Shown: one piece after another, positions 58,075 to 64,000 of the stretch | Position numbering within the stretch: the stretch's first letter is position 1 | How the letters are laid out: each line of letters starts with the position of its first letter | NCBI GenBank assembly: GCA_000004985.1 | Contig: GG738896.1 | Length of the DNA stretch: 64,000 nucleotides | Source: Naegleria gruberi | Lineage: Eukaryota | Direction: 5' to 3' (one strand) | Made by a program: the position numbers and the translations under genes | The notes under the pieces: model-generated | Databases searched by the model: none | What the model saw: only the letters and a program-made list of their open reading frames with translations | What the model was told of the DNA's origin: nothing

Positions 58075-60288
58075 ATGTCCTCACTCGTTCTTGCATTGTC
58101 CCTCACCCTGGTTGTGATGGTTGTTGTAGTGTGGTTGGTTTTATTCAAGGAAACACCAGAGACTGATCCATTGAGTATCATGTTCAATGATGATCCGAAC
58201 AGCATGGATAAACATCAACATGTTGAATATCAGGATCCTAACGAAGTATTGGAAAAGGGAGAATACATGGAAGAAACCAATATTTACAAGTTGAGATTGT
58301 GGAGTAAGCAAATGCCGAATAGGCCTGCTCTCTGGTATAAGAATCAATCAAGTCAGGCAAAGGAGTACATTCCTATCACTTTTAAAGAGTACAATGACCA
58401 TGTTCAAGAGGTTGCCAAATCACTTCTTGCTCTCGGAATTAAAAGAGGTGAGACTTGTTGTATCATGTCTGGAAATAACAAGGAGTGGAATTATTTAGAT
58501 TTGGGTTGCTTGACTGTTAATGTTATTTGTGGAGGAATTTACTTTTCATCATCAGAACTTCAAGTATTGCACTTGTTGAATCACTCAGAAGCAAAGATGG
58601 TTGTTGTGGAAAAGAAGGATCATTTTGAAAAAGTTAAGAGATGTATTTCCAAGTTGACTGATTTGCAAAAAGTTGTGTTTATTAATGAAAGTGTTTTGAA
58701 TGAGTGTTTGAAGGAAAACCCAGAGCCACTTTTGAATGCTTCTGGTATTCAAGTTCAATTGTGGAGTTGGAGCGATTTTATCAAACTTGGAGAAAATATT
58801 ACTCAAGACCAAGTTGATGAAATTTTCAAGTCAATCAAGACAAATGATGTCTGTACCGTGATTTACACAAGTGGTACAACAGGTGCACCAAAAGCTGTTC
58901 AATTGACATATAGAGCAGTTACCTCAGCTACTCTTGCAGCTAGAACAATTGCTAAATATAATGAAACTCATCCAGATTTTGATATTGAGAATCATAATAA
59001 TACCTATCTCAGTGTTCTCCCACTTGCTCATATTGCTGAGAGATTGTTAACTATTTATATACCTTTGAGATGCGGATATCAAGTTTATTTTGCTGAAAGT
59101 ATTTTCACTTTGTTGAATGATTTACAAGTTGTAAGACCTCATATTTTCTTTGGAGTACCAAGAATTTATGAAAAGATCAAATCTGGTATTGAAACCAATC
59201 TCAGCAAGGTCAATCCAATTGTTAGATATTTAATTCAACACTGTATGAAACAAGTATCCAAATACAATACTTTGGTTGCTATGGGAAGAAGCACTAGTTC
59301 ATTGTTGGATTTCAGAGCTAAATTAATTTACAAGTTCATTGTTGGACCATTGAAGAGAAAAATTGGATTTGATAGAACAAGAGTTTTCGGAGTTGGAAGT
59401 GCACCAATTTCAAAGGATGTTATGATATTCTTTTCTGGATTGGATGCCATGTTAATTAACATTTATGGTTCTTCTGAATCATCAGCTATGGGTATGTATA
59501 GATAGTTCAATTTGAAAATTCCTTAATATAATTATCTGCATAATTAACAGGTTCATCCATTAGACCAAGAGCTCTCCATTTCGATAGTGGTATGTTTAAT
59601 AATTGATTTGACATTTCTTAACAATGAAACAGTTGGTGTTCCAATGCCAGGTACAGAAATTAAAATAGATGTCGATGGTGAAGTGTTAATTAAGGCACCA
59701 TCAACAATGGTTGGATATGCTAAAGATGAAAAGTCAACCAAAGCTGCTTTCACTGAAGATGGATTTTTGAGAACTGGTGACTTGGGTATATTAAGGAATG
59801 GTTTCTTAAAGATTACTGGTAGAAAGAAGGACATTATCATGACTAAGAATGGTAAGAATGTTGCCCCAGCATATTTTGAATCATCATTGCAACATGACAT
59901 TATCAATGGAAGCTTAATGATTGGAGATGATAAAATTTTCCTCTCTGCCATTGTTTCCCTTGAACCAACCCAATTAATGAAATATGTCAAAGATCACCAT
60001 AAGGAATTTGGTGTTGAAAATGTAGATTCTCTATCAGATTTAACACCAGAAAGAGCTCTGAATACCTACCATAATCATCCAATTATTTATAAATTGGTTG
60101 AATCTCTCATCAAACAAGTGAATAGTAAGGTATCAGATGCTGAACAAGTTAAAAAGTTCAAAATTCTGTCCAAATCCTTCTCAATAGATGGCGGTGAATT
60201 TACTGCAACTTTGAAAACCAAAAGACATGAAATTTTGAAAAAGTATGAAAAGGAAATTGATGAAATTTACTCTGGTGTTAAGGAATAA
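58075..60288 (+). CDS. long-chain fatty-acyl-CoA synthetase (AMP-binding superfamily), 3 exons including a 39-nt microexon
   Basis: Exons: 58075..59491, 59551..59589, 59633..60288. Introns of 59 and 43 nt, with GTATGT donors. AMP-binding motif VIYTSGTTGAPKAV. YGSSESS (YGxTE-like). GVPMPGTEIKI. TGD…ITGRKKD. An N-terminal TM anchor follows MSSLVLALSLTLVVMVVVVWLV. Confidence 0.85.
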
Positions 60289-61630
60289 TCAACAAACCAC
60301 CTTTACTAAATTAATATTGTAAATAATTATTTAATTGTAAATATTCTCTAGTACATGCTATCATTAATGTCGCAGTGTCTATCAAAGTTATCGATTAATT
60401 CTAATCAATTGATGAGCATCACCAACAAATAAATATCTACATATAAAAACCTCCTAGGTTACGTTTGATCAAGGTGACCAATAATAACTCGGACCTCAAG
60501 TATTAAATAATGTTATTTTACATTAACTTTCATCAATTTAATATATTTGAACTTCCGAAGTGCAAACATCTTGACAATAATAGCCAAGAGATCTGATCCA
60601 CCCAATGCTATCACTCTAAGTTTGAACAATATGTATTGAATTAGAATAAACTCCAGATATCAATTTCATTTACCTTATTTTGAGTGAACAATTACATCTT
60701 CAACGTATCTGTCTCATTAATTTGTAGATGAGTAGCGCCAACAAACACGGTAACGGTTTTGTATGGAAGGCAACAATGTAACGATTCCCGAAATAAACAG
60801 TTTGAAATAACAAGCGTTCTATTCAAGAACTAACAAACAATGAAGTTGCAGTTGTTTCATCTTGTTAGTATTGTTGAATAGACGTTAATTTCATATATTG
60901 ACGTTATCAAATCCTTTTGCTAACTCATCAACAAGCTGGCTCGAAAACATCAAGACTTGCACAAAATAGCGCAGCCAATTGCGTTTTTGAATCTCTCGCC
61001 CATCTTCGGACGGCACCACTTTAAAAAAAAACAAATAGGATCAAATATATTATTTTGCTGTAGGTTGATTTTCCTTCAAAAGCACTTTTACCAAGTAACC
61101 TCAATTTATAAACACCTCTCCAAATGAATCTCTCCATCTTTGAACGTGTTGCAAATTTAAACACTTCCCAACTCGTACGATGACTATTAAACTCACCACC
61201 CAATTATGACAACACTATTACAACAACAACTATCCCTACAACAACAATTAATTATTATATATTATTATATTACATATGCATGTAATATAATTACATGTTG
61301 TTGTTGTACCTCCTTCATCATCACACCAACAATAATTTCTTCCTTTGATATTGATCATAATCATCAAATAGATAATGTCCACCCAAGATCAAGAACAAAA
61401 GAATGGTGCTGGTGACTCCAACATCATGATGATGATTCATTCTCAATCTAACCAAAACCAAGGGTATGTTGTGAATATATATTATCAAATTGGAAATATT
61501 AATTTAAATTATTATTATTATGATCATCACAAATGACAACAACAATTACGATCATCACCATAAACACTGTTGATCAACTAACTACCACAACATTTTGTCT
61601 TGACAACATTCATATTGTCAACCTGTAATT

Positions 61631-62484
61631 ATGTCTTTTTATACAAACAGTATGGCCATGACCCAAATGACTCAAGGAGCTGGTGCCACACAATCAACAC
61701 AAGTTACCAGTGAAGTTGAATCACCACCACAATCTGGAAGTAACTCCAAGAAGAGAGCAGGACGTAGGAAAATTAACATTGAATTCATTCAAGATAAATC
61801 TCGTAGACACATTACTTTCTCCAAGAGAAAGGCAGGTATCATGAAGAAGGCTTACGAACTTTCTACATTGACTGGTACTCAAGTTCTGCTGCTAGGTAAG
61901 TATTTACTGTAATCTACATCCTTATTTAAAATCCAAATTTAGTTGCTTCTGAAACTGGTCACGTTTACACATTTGCTACTCCAAAGCTTCAACCTCTCAT
62001 CACTCAAACTGAAGGTAAAAACCTTATCCAACAATGTCTCAATGCCCCAGAAGCTTCCCAACAACAAATGATGGGAGGTGGTGATGAAGACGAAGATGAA
62101 GAAGGTGACGAAGATGAATATCAAGGAATGATGGGAAATCCACAAATGATGGGCAACCCTCAAATGATGGGAAATCCTCAAGGAATGGGTAATCCACAAA
62201 TGATGAGTCAACACAGTGGTCAACCAATGATGAATCAACAAAACCAACACATGGCTGGAGGTATGCCTCAAACTCAACACATGGGACAAGGCTCTCAACA
62301 GGTTCCTCAAAATCAAAATCAATACTATAACCAACAATCCCAAGCTCAACAATCCACTTTGCCACCACAACGTATGATGAACCAACAAGCCAATTCAAAT
62401 AATGGTATGGGACATTTTCAAGTTCCAATGAACAACCAATCTCAAGCCCAAGGTGGTGGTCATCAACCTCATTATAACTTCTAA
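61631..62484 (+). CDS. SRF-type MADS-box transcription factor, 2 exons
   Basis: Exons: 61631..61895 and 61943..62484. The 47-nt intron has a GTAAGT donor and a TTTAG acceptor. MADS box GRRKINIEFIQDKSRRHITFSKRKAGIMKKAYELSTLTGTQVLLL|VASETGHVYTFATPKLQP is near-identical to the SRF core. The C-terminal region is Q/M-rich, with MMGNPQ hexapeptide repeats. Confidence 0.85.
62128..62199 (+). repeat. 4 x 18-nt in-frame tandem repeat encoding (Q)MMGNPQ within the SRF gene
   Basis: Four near-identical units of atgatgggaaatccacaa, visible directly in the sequence. Confidence 0.7.
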
Positions 62485-62624
62485 GCTAGATTCATATGTG
62501 TACACTAAAGTATTAAAAAACAAATAAATTATTATTCTCTAAAATGTAAAATATGTCATTAATCATCTCAGCATATTTCAGTGATAAAAAAATATCTAAA
62601 CATCTCAAATAAACATATCTCAAA

Positions 62625-64000
62625 ATGGGACAGTTAGAGAGCAAAAGTCTTTCTGATAATTCAGACCACAATAACTTTCAAATGCTTCAACAAAGACAGC
62701 AAAGAAGAGGTTCAAATGTTGGTCAAATTCATGCAACAAGTCCTCCAACTTCAACAACAACTTTCGGAGCAAATTTACTTTTCAGTAGTAGAAGTGATGA
62801 TTTATTTGATGAGTTGGAAGATGATGATTCAAAATCATCTCAATCTTTCCAAACCTCTACACAATTTCTCTCACTCTTGGGTCATAACATTTTGGATCAG
62901 GCAAAAAAAGTTAATGACCTTCATACAACACAAGTACAATCAATTCCAATTTATGGAAATAATAGAAAGGATAGTGTTGATCTTTCAAAGGCTCCAAAGT
63001 TAGTTCTTGTCGGTACTGGTAGTTCAGGTTTGTTTTAAATTCTTTTTAACATTTCTTCTTATTGGAATAATTTCGTTTTTTATATTCGAATAATATTAGG
63101 AAAGACATCACTTTCAAAGTTATTGAAGATACATTCATCTGATTATTCAATCACTAATTTTGATATTAAGAATTGGAGAAAGATTCTCGTAAAGAATATT
63201 TTCCAAGGTTTGTTTTAATTATAACTGATTATTCGAAACCTGACTAGCATTCCGTGTTCTTTTTGATGTTAAGAATAACCTATTTCCAAATGTGCCGTAT
63301 CTGAAAAAAGAATCAGAAGAATTTAAAACTAAATTCTCTCAAATTCCTTCAGATAGTATTGACAATATTCTTGGAGATACCACTTTTTTGAGTGATGAAA
63401 TTTGTGAAAGATTGGTTGATTTTTGGATGGATGAACCAATTATTCAAATGTGTTACTTTTTTGCAAGTATTGCTTACAAATTTATTGAAGGATATGGAGA
63501 TTATTCTAGAAATAGAGCTGAGAAATCAGTTTATATTCGTCACTTGAATCTTGAAAATTTACCAACTCTCATTGATCAATTGGAAGATGTTTTGAGTTAT
63601 GAAACTGAAGGAGATGATTTACAGTCAAAGTTTTCAAGTGCCATTAAGGATGATTCACACATTGTAACTGAGCTCATTGTTAGTACCTATGTAAAAACAA
63701 CTGGTATTATTGAAATTCCAGTTAAATTTGGTGATAACAACCTGATTGGGTTGTATGACACTGGTGGTCAGGTAAGAATTCAATTTAATGAAATATTCTA
63801 ATATTAATTAATATCATTACAGAGAAATGAAAGAAAAAAGTGGAAAAATATCATGAATGATAACTCTCAAACACTCTCTGGAGTTTTGTTCCTTGTTCCT
63901 CTCTCTGAGTATAATCAAATTTGCTATGAAGATGATTCAATTAATAGAACTATTGAATCTTTGAATTTATTCTCAGAACTTGTAAATAGAAATACTTTTG
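62625..64000 (+). CDS. heterotrimeric G-protein alpha subunit (5' part; gene runs off the window end), at least 4 exons
   Basis: Exons: 62625..63027, 63100..63207, 63248..63771 and 63823 to beyond 64000. Introns of 72, 40 and 51 nt. N-terminus MGQLES (N-myristoylation consensus). P-loop KLVLVGTGSSGKTSLSK. Switch region VKTTGIIEIPVKFGDNNLIGLYDTGGQ|RNERKKW, followed by FLVPLSEY. Confidence 0.85.

Noticed and set aside
61939-62428. Two overlapping His/Leu-rich minus-strand ORFs (149 and 129 aa)
   Set aside because: They are antisense translation of the Q/M-rich repeat region of the SRF gene. Their composition follows from reverse-complementing CAA/ATG-rich sequence.
1-64000. Search for CRISPR arrays, prokaryotic operons, toxin-antitoxin or phage-defence systems
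   Set aside because: The sequence is eukaryotic (spliceosomal introns, tRNA and 5S Pol III genes, eukaryote-specific families). No direct-repeat/spacer arrays or polycistronic gene blocks are present.

Overview
The sequence looks like a nuclear genomic segment from a very AT-rich amoebozoan, most likely a dictyostelid (social amoeba).

Evidence for the organism call:
- Most coding regions are AT-rich (several extremely so), with frequent poly-Q/N/T low-complexity tracts.
- Introns are spliceosomal, with GTAAGT/GTATGT donors and AG acceptors.
- Several gene families are typical of Dictyostelium: copine, a bacterial-type dCTP deaminase, pyd3-like beta-ureidopropionase, an SRF MADS-box protein, a myristoylated G-alpha subunit and an ABCC transporter.
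- The 5S rRNA matches the Dictyostelium 5S consensus, including the block GGTTGGAGACAAC.

It is not prokaryotic: I found no operons, CRISPR arrays or bacterial defence islands.

Content of the window:
- About 40 protein-coding genes on both strands.
- At least 14 of these needed intron-aware reconstruction. I derived exon coordinates by hand from the frames, the donor and acceptor motifs and homology.
- Two tandem tRNA genes (Lys-CUU and Asn-GUU).
- One full-length chromosomal 5S rRNA gene, plus an internally deleted 5S pseudocopy in inverted orientation 3.4 kb away.
- One 50-N assembly gap at 12470-12519.

Intron lengths fall into two classes: about 100-200 nt and about 38-59 nt. One 39-nt microexon lies in the acyl-CoA synthetase gene.

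The most unusual locus is at 41118-43587. A single continuous reading frame (plus short introns) joins an N-myristoylation signal, a prolyl-4-hydroxylase-like 2OG-Fe(II) oxygenase domain, an F-box and a divergent actin-related protein (Arp). It is immediately followed by a second orphan F-box gene and preceded by a C2-domain/PhoD-like phosphoesterase fusion.

Other notable points:
- A divergently transcribed pair (a small-molecule kinase of the EcKL/CHK type and an ABCC exporter) shares 175 bp of intergenic DNA.
- Two pyrimidine-metabolism genes are adjacent: pyd3 and a bacterial-type dcd.
- A G-alpha has an atypical P-loop.
- Two kinases have non-canonical catalytic motifs.
- Two ORF-free islands of unusual composition may be ncRNA genes.

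All calls are by eye from the sequence and the six-frame track. No database searches were run.
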